Source: Pseudomonadota bacterium
GTDB lineage: Bacteria; Bdellovibrionota_B; Oligoflexia; Oligoflexales; CAIYRB01
Direction of reading: 5' to 3'
Assembly: GCA_031416315.1 (NCBI GenBank)
Contig: JANOTL010000116.1
Coordinates: 1 to 20,857, forward strand
Length of the DNA: 20,857 bases
The number at the start of each line of letters is the position of its first letter. The first letter of the stretch is position 1. The notes below the pieces were generated by a model. The model was given only the letters and a program-made list of their open reading frames with translations. It made no database searches and was not told where the DNA came from. The translations under genes and the position numbers were made by a program. Positions 9,298 through 17,266 of the stretch are shown piece after piece.

Positions 9298-10832
9298 CCG
9301 TCTAAGTATTGGCGGGAGACCAGGCGGTCGTCGAATGGAACCGTCTGCGAGGCGAGAATTTGATACGCCTCATGGCCCTTGCCGGCGATCAGGACGAGAT
9401 CGTCCGGCGCGGCATCGGCGATCGCCCGCCCGATGGCCCGGGCCCGGTCGGGATCCGAGACCGCGAGGTCCGGCCGGCCAAGTCCGGCTCGAATGTCCGC
9501 AAGGATCGCCTCCGGGGCCTCGCTGCGCGGGTTGTCGGAGGTGAGGTAAACGCGATCTGCCAGCCGCTCGGCGATGGCGCCCATCTGAGGGCGCTTGCCC
9601 TTGTCGCGGTCGCCGCCGCAACCGAAGACGACGCGAAGCATCCCCGCACATAGGGGCCGGAGGACCTCCAGGGTCTTCTCCAGCGCGTCCGGCGTGTGGG
9701 CGTAGTCGACGACCACCCGGACCGGGCTTTTGCCCGTCACCTGCTCCAGGCGGCCCGGGACCGGCGTCAGAGCTGCCCACTTCGCCGGGTCCATCACGCT
9801 CGGCTCGACCGAGGCCGCGAGCAGGAGGGCGGCAGCGAAATTCTCGACCGCATGCTGCGCGAAATAAGGGACGTGCCCGCGAAGCGTTTTACCTGGGAGC
9901 TCGACCTCGAGATCGGTGCCGGCGAAGCTCGAGCCGTGCGCTTTGAGCTCGAGAAAGCTTTCCGCCCCGAGCTTCGCGGCCGGGCGGGAGGCCAATTTTC
10001 CGTAAATAAATCGAATGTTTGCGATGCCGCCAGGCAGGGCCGCCAAGGGTAGATCGGAGCAAAACGCGAACCGCGCCCCCACGGTGGAACGCTCGGTAAA
10101 GAGCCGCAGCTTCGCTTCTAGGTACTCTGCCATCGTCGGATGGAAGTCCAAGTGGTCGCGAGAGAAGCTCGTGAACGCTGCCCCCGCGAAGCGCATCGGC
10201 CGCATCTTCTCTTGGACGATCGCGTGCGACGAGGCCTCCATCGCGACGATTTGAATGCTCTGGTCCAGAGCCTGCGCCATCAGCTTGTAGAGAACGTCCG
10301 GATCCGGCGTCGTGTGGGTCGTCGGGACGAACGTGTCGCCCAGGAAAGCACCGATCGTTCCGATCGCGAGGATGGACGTCCCGGCCGCCGCCAAGAGCGC
10401 GCGCGCCATCCACACCGTGCTGGTCTTGCCATTGGTACCGGTCACCGCGAGGCAACGCATGCGGTCTTGCGGATCGCCCCAGCCGGCCGCGGCGAGCGTC
10501 GCCCAGGCGGCGCGGCCGTTGGTGACCTCGACCCAGGGCACGCTCGTACCGGACGGGATCGCCTCCCGTCGCTCGACGACGAGGAGCCCGGCACCCGCGG
10601 CCGCCGCCGTCGGAACGTGCGTGTGCGCGTCCGCCTTCGTTCCGGGAAAGGCGATGAACAGATCTCCGGGCCCGATCTTGCGCGAGTCGACATGGATGGA
10701 GCCGAGGGCTCCGTCGCTCGGCAGACGAAACGGCGCCTCTTCGCGCAGGAGCCCGGCGCGCGCCAGCACCAAGCGCGCCGTCCCCGGCGCCAAGCGCCCG
10801 TCAGGCTTAGAATTTGCGCTGTTGACCGGCAT
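9294..10832 (-). CDS. murE: UDP-N-acetylmuramoyl-L-alanyl-D-glutamate--2,6-diaminopimelate ligase
   Basis: Motifs VTGTNGKTS, HTTPD, MEASSH, VDYAHTPDAL, FGCGGDRD and AGKGHE. The DNPR motif indicates meso-DAP specificity. Confidence 0.96.
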   Translation of the reverse strand: MPVNSANSKPDGRLAPGTARLVLARAGLLREEAPFRLPSDGALGSIHVDSRKIGPGDLFIAFPGTKADAHTHVPTAAAAGAGLLVVERREAIPSGTSVPWVEVTNGRAAWATLAAAGWGDPQDRMRCLAVTGTNGKTSTVWMARALLAAAGTSILAIGTIGAFLGDTFVPTTHTTPDPDVLYKLMAQALDQSIQIVAMEASSHAIVQEKMRPMRFAGAAFTSFSRDHLDFHPTMAEYLEAKLRLFTERSTVGARFAFCSDLPLAALPGGIANIRFIYGKLASRPAAKLGAESFLELKAHGSSFAGTDLEVELPGKTLRGHVPYFAQHAVENFAAALLLAASVEPSVMDPAKWAALTPVPGRLEQVTGKSPVRVVVDYAHTPDALEKTLEVLRPLCAGMLRVVFGCGGDRDKGKRPQMGAIAERLADRVYLTSDNPRSEAPEAILADIRAGLGRPDLAVSDPDRARAIGRAIADAAPDDLVLIAGKGHEAYQILASQTVPFDDRLVSRQYLDG

Positions 10833-12609
10833 TTCGGCCCGCCCCCGCAGCGACCTCGCGATTGATGTCGGGCGCTACGTTCAAGTACTTCAGGCTGCGC
10901 GAGATAATGCCGCTGAAGACTGGAGCCGCCCACAAGCCGCCATAGTAGGGCTTTTGCCCAGGCTCGTCGATGAGGACGTACACGACGAGGTGCGGGTCCT
11001 CCACCGGCGCGAACCCGATGAAGCTCGCGATCCGCTTGTCTTTCGAGTACCCGCGGACGCCCGGCTCGACCTTTTGCGCGGTGCCCGTCTTGCCGGCCGT
11101 CGAGAAGTCGAGCGTTTTGGCCAGATGGGCCGTGCCGTGTTTGTCCTCGACGACTTGCCGCAGCATCTGCCGCATCTCGCGTGCGGTGCTCGGGCCGATC
11201 GGCCGCTCCATCACCTCGGAGGTCGAGCTCAGGACGACGACGCCGTCGGCGGAGACGATTTTGTCGATCAAAGTCGGCTTCATCAGGGTGCCGCCGTTCG
11301 CGATCGCGCCCATGGCCTGCACGAGCTCGAGGCCGGTGACCATCATGCCGTGGCCGAAGGAGACGTTGGCGAAACGAATCGGAATCCACTTTTCCCAGGG
11401 CGAGACGCGCCCTTGCGCCTCGCCGGGAAAGCCGAGGACGGAGCGGCCGCCGCCGAAGCCGTACTTCATCAGCGTCTCGTGCGTCTTCTCGCGGCCGAGG
11501 CGCACGGCGATCTTGTACGTGCAGATGTTGCTCGACCGCACGACGGCTTCGGTCGTCGTCAGCGTCTTGGCCGGGTGATCGTCGTGGATCACGTTCTTGC
11601 CGATGCGGAGCGCGCCGTTCTCGCAGTCGTGCAGCTCGTTGGCGCGCGTTTTCTTGCCCTCGATCGCCGCGCTGACGATGAAGGGCTTCATCACCGAGCC
11701 GGGCTCGAAGGCGTCCATCAGCGCATGGTTCGCCGTCTCGCTGATCTTCACGGTTCGCGCCGCGTTCGGGTCGAAGTTCGGATAGTTGGCGATCGCGAGA
11801 ATCCGGCCCGTATGCGGGTCCGTGACGATCGCATAGCCGCTCTTCGCCCGCGCCTTCTTCACGCCGGCCTCGAGCTCGTCTTCGGCGATCTCTTGAAGCA
11901 CGCGGTCGACGGTGAGGTGGATCGAGTGGCCGGGCTTGAGCGGCGCCGCGCCGTCGGTCTCGCTGACGATGAATTGGCCGCGCGCGTCCTTGCCGGTGAA
12001 GATCTTGCGCGGCTGCCCGCGTAGGTCCTTCTCGAATTGCCGCTCGATGCCGGCCAAGCCGCCGTTGTCCAAGCCGACGAAACCAATGATATGGGCCGCG
12101 GCAGATCCGGTCGGGTAAAAGCGCGCCGACTCGGTGATCTGGACCAAGCCCTTCAATTCGAGAGCCTTCACCTCATCCGCCACCCGCGGATCGACCTGAC
12201 GCGCGACCCACGCGAAGTACGACTTCTTATCGGCGATGCGCTTCAGCTTCGGCAGCGGCATGCGCAAAAGCGCCGCGAGCCGCTTCAAAGTCGGAGCGTC
12301 CGGGTCGAAAACACGCGGGTTCACCGCGATCGACGGCCGCTTGATCGAGATCGCGAGCGCCTCGCCCTTACGATCGAAGATCGAGCCGCGGTAAGGCGCG
12401 AGCTCGATCTCCTTCTGGTACTGATTGTCGGCGATCGAGTGAAGCGACTGTTGCTCGGCCGGGAACAGGTGCAGCATCACGGCGCGGCCGCCGATGGCCG
12501 CAAATAGCCCGCAAAACATGTAGAAAAGCACGCGCCCCCGGTCGACCCGGAACTGTCCCGGCTGGGTCATTTGGGGGCGAGTCAGCCGCTTCCACTCGAA
12601 CTTGGTCAC
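10807..12609 (-). CDS. ftsI: Class B penicillin-binding protein FtsI/PBP3
   Basis: N-terminal TM segment, RGSIFDRKG, and transpeptidase motifs SxxK (GSVMK), SxN (SSN) and KTG (GKTGTAQK). Confidence 0.96.
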   Translation of the reverse strand: MTKFEWKRLTRPQMTQPGQFRVDRGRVLFYMFCGLFAAIGGRAVMLHLFPAEQQSLHSIADNQYQKEIELAPYRGSIFDRKGEALAISIKRPSIAVNPRVFDPDAPTLKRLAALLRMPLPKLKRIADKKSYFAWVARQVDPRVADEVKALELKGLVQITESARFYPTGSAAAHIIGFVGLDNGGLAGIERQFEKDLRGQPRKIFTGKDARGQFIVSETDGAAPLKPGHSIHLTVDRVLQEIAEDELEAGVKKARAKSGYAIVTDPHTGRILAIANYPNFDPNAARTVKISETANHALMDAFEPGSVMKPFIVSAAIEGKKTRANELHDCENGALRIGKNVIHDDHPAKTLTTTEAVVRSSNICTYKIAVRLGREKTHETLMKYGFGGGRSVLGFPGEAQGRVSPWEKWIPIRFANVSFGHGMMVTGLELVQAMGAIANGGTLMKPTLIDKIVSADGVVVLSSTSEVMERPIGPSTAREMRQMLRQVVEDKHGTAHLAKTLDFSTAGKTGTAQKVEPGVRGYSKDKRIASFIGFAPVEDPHLVVYVLIDEPGQKPYYGGLWAAPVFSGIISRSLKYLNVAPDINREVAAGAGRNAGQQRKF

Positions 12610-12899
12610 TTCGAAGCGACCGTCGACTTCGCCTTCGTGGCGACGCTGAGGGGCGTCTCGGTCATCAGCTCGAGGTGCTTTTTCGACGTCAGCTTCGCGA
12701 GCTGCATCTTCAAGCCGGCGCGCTCCTCGAGAAGCGTCGTCTCTTCCGCGCGCAGCTTGCCGATCTCGTAGCCCACGAGCGTCGTCTGCACGCGCAGGTG
12801 AATCCGCCCGAGCGAGAGGGCGAGGATCACCACCCCTCCGAACGCGAGGAACGGTTTGCCGAGGAGCGCCGCCTTGATGATCTTCGCCAGCTTTTTCAT
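12606..12899 (-). CDS. ftsL: Cell division protein FtsL-like
   Basis: 97 aa with one TM segment followed by a leucine heptad coiled coil (GYEIGKLRAEETTLLEERAGLKMQLAKLTS). Canonical position between rsmH and ftsI. Confidence 0.8.
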   Translation of the reverse strand: MKKLAKIIKAALLGKPFLAFGGVVILALSLGRIHLRVQTTLVGYEIGKLRAEETTLLEERAGLKMQLAKLTSKKHLELMTETPLSVATKAKSTVASK

Positions 12900-12909
12900 G
12901 GTGTCCTTC

Positions 12910-13872
12910 TCAACGCGCTTTGACGAGGCAACGGAGCTTGGCGCTCCGGGCGCGGGGGTTGCGTTCGATCTCTTCCGGACTCGGCACGATCGGAAAGGGC
13001 TTCACGATGACGGCGCGGCGGTCGATGCGGGCCTCGACCTGCGCGGCGGTGAGCGGCAAGTCGCGCGAGATGGCGGCCTGCGCGTCGCGGCCGGTGAGCG
13101 CGTGAAAGCGGTCCTTGACGATGCGGTCTTCGAGCGAATGAAAGGTGATGATGGCGAGGCGGCCGCCGGGCGCGAGCGCCTCGAATGCGCCGTCGACCAA
13201 GCGCTCGAGCTCGCCGAGCTCGTCGTTGACCGCGATGCGAAGCGCCTGGAAAGCCTTGGTCGCCGGGTGTTTTTTGCTCTTTTTCACGTAGCCGACCGGC
13301 AGGCACTTCTCGACGATGCTGGCGAGCTGCCCGGTCGTCGTAATGGGCGACGCCTCGCGCGCCCGCACGATGCCGTCCGCGATCTTGCGGGCCATCGGCT
13401 CCTCGCCGAACTCGCGGAAGATCTGGGTGAGCTCGTCCTTCGTCGACTCGCAGACGAAGTCGGCGGCGGTCCGGCCGCTCGTGCGGTCCATGCGCATGTC
13501 GAGGGGGCCGTCGAACCGGAAAGAGAAGCCGCGCTCGGCTTCGTCGAGATGCATCGAAGAGACGCCGATGTCGGCCATGATCGCATCGACCTTGCCCGTC
13601 AACCCTTGGGCCTCGAGGACGCCGGCGACCGAAGAATATGCGGATTTCACGAGGGTCAAACGACCTTCCTCGCGGGCTTTCGCGAGCCGCGCGCCGGCGA
13701 GCGCAAGCGCGGAGTCGTCGCGATCGACGCCCACCACTCGTCCCGTTTTTCCGACCGCTTGCAGCATCGCTTCCGTATGTCCTCCGGCGCCCACCGTGCA
13801 GTCGACGGCTATGGCGCCCTCTTTCAGATCCATCGCTCTCAGGCACTCGTCGAGCAAGACACTCGTATGCAT
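12910..13872 (-). CDS. rsmH: 16S rRNA m4C1402 methyltransferase RsmH (MraW)
   Basis: Motifs HTSVLLDE, DCTVGAGGH, DIGVSSMHLD, GPLDMRMD, FQALRIAVNDEL, FHSLEDRIVK and NPRARSAKLR. The ATG at 13872 overlaps the mraZ stop (TAATG). Confidence 0.97.
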   Translation of the reverse strand: MHTSVLLDECLRAMDLKEGAIAVDCTVGAGGHTEAMLQAVGKTGRVVGVDRDDSALALAGARLAKAREEGRLTLVKSAYSSVAGVLEAQGLTGKVDAIMADIGVSSMHLDEAERGFSFRFDGPLDMRMDRTSGRTAADFVCESTKDELTQIFREFGEEPMARKIADGIVRAREASPITTTGQLASIVEKCLPVGYVKKSKKHPATKAFQALRIAVNDELGELERLVDGAFEALAPGGRLAIITFHSLEDRIVKDRFHALTGRDAQAAISRDLPLTAAQVEARIDRRAVIVKPFPIVPSPEEIERNPRARSAKLRCLVKAR

Positions 13873-14333
13873 TAAATTTGAATTCCGCTCTCCGCGAGCG
13901 ACGCGTACAGGCTGCCAACTTGGTCGGAGAGCTGATTGAAGGTTTTTTCCCAGCGCTCGGCGCTCCAGATCTCGAACTTGTCGATCTGGCCGACGATGAC
14001 GGCGTCGCGCTCGATGCCGCCGTAGGTGCGGAGATTGGCCGGGATTAGGATGCGCCCCGCTTTGTCGATCGGGCATTCCGCCGCCGAGCCGACGAAGATG
14101 CGCTTGATGGCCATGACTTTCGGGTCGAACTGGTTGAGCTTCGCGAGGTTGTCGAGCTTCGCCTGGTAATCTTGCTGGGAATAAGCGGCGAGGCAGCCGT
14201 CCGAGACGTTCACGAAAACGGAGACTTCCCCTTCTCCACCGGCTTCGGGCACGGCCAGGCGACGGCGAAAAGGCGACGGGATCGCCATTCTGCCTTTATC
14301 ATCGAGCGTGTGCTCGAAACGCCCCGTGAACAA
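13872..14333 (-). CDS. mraZ: Division/cell wall cluster transcriptional repressor MraZ
   Basis: Two AbrB-like repeats (LDDKGRMAIP and IDKAGRILIP) and a KFEIWS motif. TTG start with GGGAG 7 nt upstream. Confidence 0.96.
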   Translation of the reverse strand: MFTGRFEHTLDDKGRMAIPSPFRRRLAVPEAGGEGEVSVFVNVSDGCLAAYSQQDYQAKLDNLAKLNQFDPKVMAIKRIFVGSAAECPIDKAGRILIPANLRTYGGIERDAVIVGQIDKFEIWSAERWEKTFNQLSDQVGSLYASLAESGIQI

Positions 14334-14435
14334 AACGCGTCTCCCGATTCAAGCTGGTAGGGGGATCAGAGAACTGAGGGAAGGCTCGTGGGCTTTGCTA
14401 CGCGTAGGTTTCAGGCAGTCCACTAGCGGCCGTCA

Positions 14436-14470
14436 GCCACCGTGTCCCACAATCTCCCACTTTCACCCAC
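14436..14470 (-). promoter_or_regulatory. MraZ-binding direct repeats
   Basis: Minus-strand GTGGG at 14470-66, 14460-56 and 14450-46, plus GTGGC at 14440-36, in exact 10-nt phase just downstream of the -10 box. Confidence 0.88.
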
Positions 14471-14480
14471 CAGTACTTTC

Positions 14481-14510
14481 AGAATACCGGTGTCTCGCCG
14501 CCAACGTCAA
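14481..14510 (-). promoter_or_regulatory. sigma70-type promoter of the dcw operon (Pmra)
   Basis: TTGACG (14510-14505), an 18-nt spacer and TATTCT (14486-14481), immediately upstream of the MraZ boxes. Confidence 0.8.
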
Positions 14511-14538
14511 ACGCCCCAGCGCTTTCACGGGGGGGCGT
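14511..14538 (-). terminator. Possible hairpin or weak terminator downstream of the membrane-protein gene
   Basis: 7-bp inverted repeat ACGCCCC / GGGGCGT with only a very short U tract, abutting the Pmra -35 box. Confidence 0.3.
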
Positions 14539-14575
14539 CAACTTTGCGACGGCGGCGATCGAGTTGGTCGAATCG

Positions 14576-15427
14576 TCAACGAGAGGGAAGATACCCCGTC
14601 CGGTAGACCGATTGCCGGCGGCGGCTTGTAAGGCGGCGATCCGCTGTCGCGAGGGCCAAGGCCAGGCATGCGGTGAACGGGACCACCATCAACTGGGCCG
14701 GCCAGCTGGTGAGATACGCGACCACGAGCAGCGTCGGGAGCGTCACGAGCGGCATCATGAAGTGACGCGTCAGGCCGAGCGCGACCGTCAGCCAACCGAT
14801 GAAGACGGCGGTCAAGAGGCCGAGCATCGCCGGCGCCGGCAGCGCTGCGCCGAAGCTGACGTTGAACCAGCGGTTGAAGGCTCCATACTTGATGACGCCG
14901 GTGGCCACGACGCCGAGCGCGCCGATCGCCACGAACAGGAGGAGGATCTCACGTAGCTTCTGCGCCGTCGTCTGCAGGGTGTCGGCCGAGAGCCAAGGCA
15001 TCTTGTCGCCGAGGACAGAGATCGCCGTCACGGCCGCGAGCATGAGGTGCGAGGCACTGGCCCCGCGAGCGAAGGAATCAGCCGAGCCGAGCACGACCTT
15101 CTGGCCGAAATAGACGAGCACGCCGGCGGCGACGATGTTGCCCCAGCGCGTCAAGAAGAGCGGCCCGACCATGAGCATGAAGATCATTTCAAAGAGGGAG
15201 AGCGTCGGCGACAAGCTGAGGGAATGGTCGGCCAGCTCGCCGAGCGCAGCAAGGTTCACGACGAGGAGCGCGAGGTAGAGACCCGTCGCCACGACCGGGA
15301 GCCACTGCCCCCATGCGTGAATGCCGAAGTAGTAGCCGCGCTTCAACGGCGCCGAGCGGCGGTTGAGCATCGCGATGACGGCGGCGAGTATCGTGCCTGC
15401 AAGGACGGCCCAGATCAGCGGCGACAT
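14576..15427 (-). CDS. Uncharacterised polytopic membrane protein (~283 aa), possibly with tandem DoxX-like modules
   Basis: About 8-10 hydrophobic segments, GC3-rich codons and an Arg-rich C-terminal tail. ATG at 15427 has GGAG upstream. An LTR-containing loop follows a TM helix in both halves (LFLTRW, LGLTRH). Confidence 0.8.
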   Translation of the reverse strand: MSPLIWAVLAGTILAAVIAMLNRRSAPLKRGYYFGIHAWGQWLPVVATGLYLALLVVNLAALGELADHSLSLSPTLSLFEMIFMLMVGPLFLTRWGNIVAAGVLVYFGQKVVLGSADSFARGASASHLMLAAVTAISVLGDKMPWLSADTLQTTAQKLREILLLFVAIGALGVVATGVIKYGAFNRWFNVSFGAALPAPAMLGLLTAVFIGWLTVALGLTRHFMMPLVTLPTLLVVAYLTSWPAQLMVVPFTACLALALATADRRLTSRRRQSVYRTGYLPSR

Positions 15428-15474
15428 GAAGCGAGCTCCGCGGGGAAGAAGACCCAATGACCCGAAGCACGAAG

Positions 15475-15490
15475 AGCAAGTTCCATGCCC
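15475..15490 (-). promoter_or_regulatory. sigma54 (-24/-12) promoter candidate for the membrane-protein gene
   Basis: Minus strand reads GGGCATGGAACTTGCT, matching TGGCACG-N4-TTGCW with exact GG-N10-GC spacing, about 48 nt upstream of the start codon. Confidence 0.65.
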
Positions 15491-15791
15491 CATGCCCCCT
15501 CCCCGCAAGCGCATGGAACGAAAGAAAATTTTGGCCTCGCCGGCGTCCTCGAGCTGTCTAGCCGCTGATCAGAAACGCTGCCTGATCACCCGCTAAAAGC
15601 CAAGCGCCGCAAGACTTTCGCGCGGTGCCTATGTCGAAGAGCAGGTTGAGCAGGCAATCCGACACCTGAATGCTGGAAAACATTGCCCGTTGCGGCGTTC
15701 CTGGATTCGTCTTCCAATATCTAAAGGTGGGATTCCGTCCGTCCGATGGCGGTCGGGATGTGTGTAAACCTGTGTTTTTTGGAGGATCAGA

Positions 15792-16952
15792 ATGAGGTTC
15801 CGAGGAGTGCGCCGGCTCGGCGCGCTGGCTCTAAGCCTCTTTCTGCTGTCAGGCTTACCGGCTTGTTCCGGTCAGCAGCAGCAGGAAGAAGGTCTCGAGC
15901 CAACGAACGAGCAAGGTGCGGAAAATGAAGCCGCCGATGAAGAAGGCGGGCAAGGCAACGCAGCCGGGGCTGACAACCAAGGCGGCGGAGAAGACAACGA
16001 AGGGGGCGAAAACCAAGCCTCCGAAGGTAACGAAGAAGGTGCTGAAGAGACGGCAGAAGGCAGCGGCAACGCAACCGAAAACGACCTACAAGACATCATC
16101 CAAGAGATGAACGGCACCGGCGAAGGCTCGAACGCTACCGCCAACACCCCTCCCCTTCAACAAGACGTCGCGGCGCCGGTCGAGAACGCTACCCCGGCCA
16201 ACACCGCACCCGTCGCAGAAGCAACCCCCGCAACGCCGCCCGCCGCTGAAAGCGGTGGCACACCTCCCCCCTTCCAACCCGGCGGCACGCCCGCTGGCAA
16301 AAACCTCCCAGAGTCCGGCTCGAAAATGGCTTACATCGTCCAGAAGGGCGACACGTTGGCCAAGATCTCGAGCAAGATCTACGGGTCCAACAACCGCTGG
16401 AACGAGCTCGCTCAACTGAGCGGTATCTCCAACCCCTCCCGGATCTTCCCGGGCGACCTGGTGTTCTACACGCTGGACGAAAGTGCCGTCGGATTCGCTA
16501 CGGCGTACGAGGCCACGCAGCGTTCGGAAGCTCAGGTTCAGGCTGGAGACACACTCGCAACCATTGCAAAACGGGTCTACGGCAGCTCCAATGCCTGGCG
16601 CGCGCTCTGGCGCGAGAACGACAAGATCGACAACCCCGACATCATCCCGCCCGGATCGACCGTGTTCTACGTGGCACAGGGAGCAGCCGCAGCGGCGGTC
16701 TCCAAAGCTCAGTCGCAAGTGGCGAAAGTCGCCAAAGTTACGAATAGCGTGAAGTCGAACGTCACCACCGCCTCCACCGCCGCCAAACAAGCGGTCCAGT
16801 CCAAAGTCCTGAAGACCAAATCCACCGTCGCCACCAACGCCAAATCCCAAGTGTCGAAAATCAAGAGCAGCATTCTTCTGGCGAACAGCCAGCTTCAGTA
16901 TGATGCGTTCGACATCCTCAACGGTTACGGCAAACTCGCGGTCTTCAACTAA
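15792..16952 (+). CDS. Predicted lipoprotein with two LysM peptidoglycan-binding domains
   Basis: GGAGGA RBS and a signal peptide with lipobox-like LPA-C25. LysM1 is YIVQKGDTLAKIS...ISNPSRIFPGD and LysM2 is QVQAGDTLATIA...IDNPDIIPPGS. Confidence 0.92.
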   Translation: MRFRGVRRLGALALSLFLLSGLPACSGQQQQEEGLEPTNEQGAENEAADEEGGQGNAAGADNQGGGEDNEGGENQASEGNEEGAEETAEGSGNATENDLQDIIQEMNGTGEGSNATANTPPLQQDVAAPVENATPANTAPVAEATPATPPAAESGGTPPPFQPGGTPAGKNLPESGSKMAYIVQKGDTLAKISSKIYGSNNRWNELAQLSGISNPSRIFPGDLVFYTLDESAVGFATAYEATQRSEAQVQAGDTLATIAKRVYGSSNAWRALWRENDKIDNPDIIPPGSTVFYVAQGAAAAAVSKAQSQVAKVAKVTNSVKSNVTTASTAAKQAVQSKVLKTKSTVATNAKSQVSKIKSSILLANSQLQYDAFDILNGYGKLAVFN

Positions 16953-17266
16953 AGACCTGCAACCGTGCGTAAAGGCATCAGACACTCCAGCGCCATCTGG
17001 AAGCTAGATCTGATGAGGTTTCTCTCAAGGACAGAAACGACGTGACCAGAAAGACTGAGTTTCGTGTCTGAGACCTGAAGAAGGTGATGCTGTCTCGAAA
17101 GATCTCCCGTCTTGTGGACGCTCCGGCTTGAGTACGACGCCAAGTACAAGCGACGACCGAAGCTGGACATACCGCAGGTAGAGCGCAGAAGCTTACGAGA
17201 CCAATCTCCTTCAACCCGCCCCTGATCACCCGATAACTCGTCCAGATTCCACCGCATTTTTCATGC

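Noticed and set aside
525..13875. Long plus-strand and alternate-frame ORFs (e.g. 525-1859, 10312-12024, 12856-13875, 6840-8075)
   Set aside because: These are shadows of high-GC3 dcw genes, with Arg/Ala/Pro-rich translations and no recognisable motifs.
15484..15504. G-quadruplex on the minus strand (GGGG-A-GGGGG-CAT-GGGG-CAT-GG)
   Set aside because: It has only three full G-tracts, and such runs are common in high-GC DNA.
15880..16290. Tandem DNA repeats in the LysM gene 5' half
   Set aside because: This is low-complexity Glu/Gly/Asn/Ala/Pro coding sequence with no exact repeat unit.
16995..17040. Glycine riboswitch-like fragments (TCTGGAAG...TCTCTCAAGGACAGA)
   Set aside because: The central CCGAAG/P3 elements are missing and the site is not upstream of any gene.
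17010..17105. Hammerhead ribozyme suggested by CTGATGA followed by GAAA motifs
   Set aside because: I could not build stems I and III with a correctly placed NUH site. The best stem II is followed by GACG rather than GAAA.
16953..17266. CRISPR array, tRNA, tmRNA, SRP or RNase P RNA in the spacer
   Set aside because: There are no regularly spaced direct repeats (only short chance matches such as AGACCTG twice), no cas genes and none of the diagnostic motifs.
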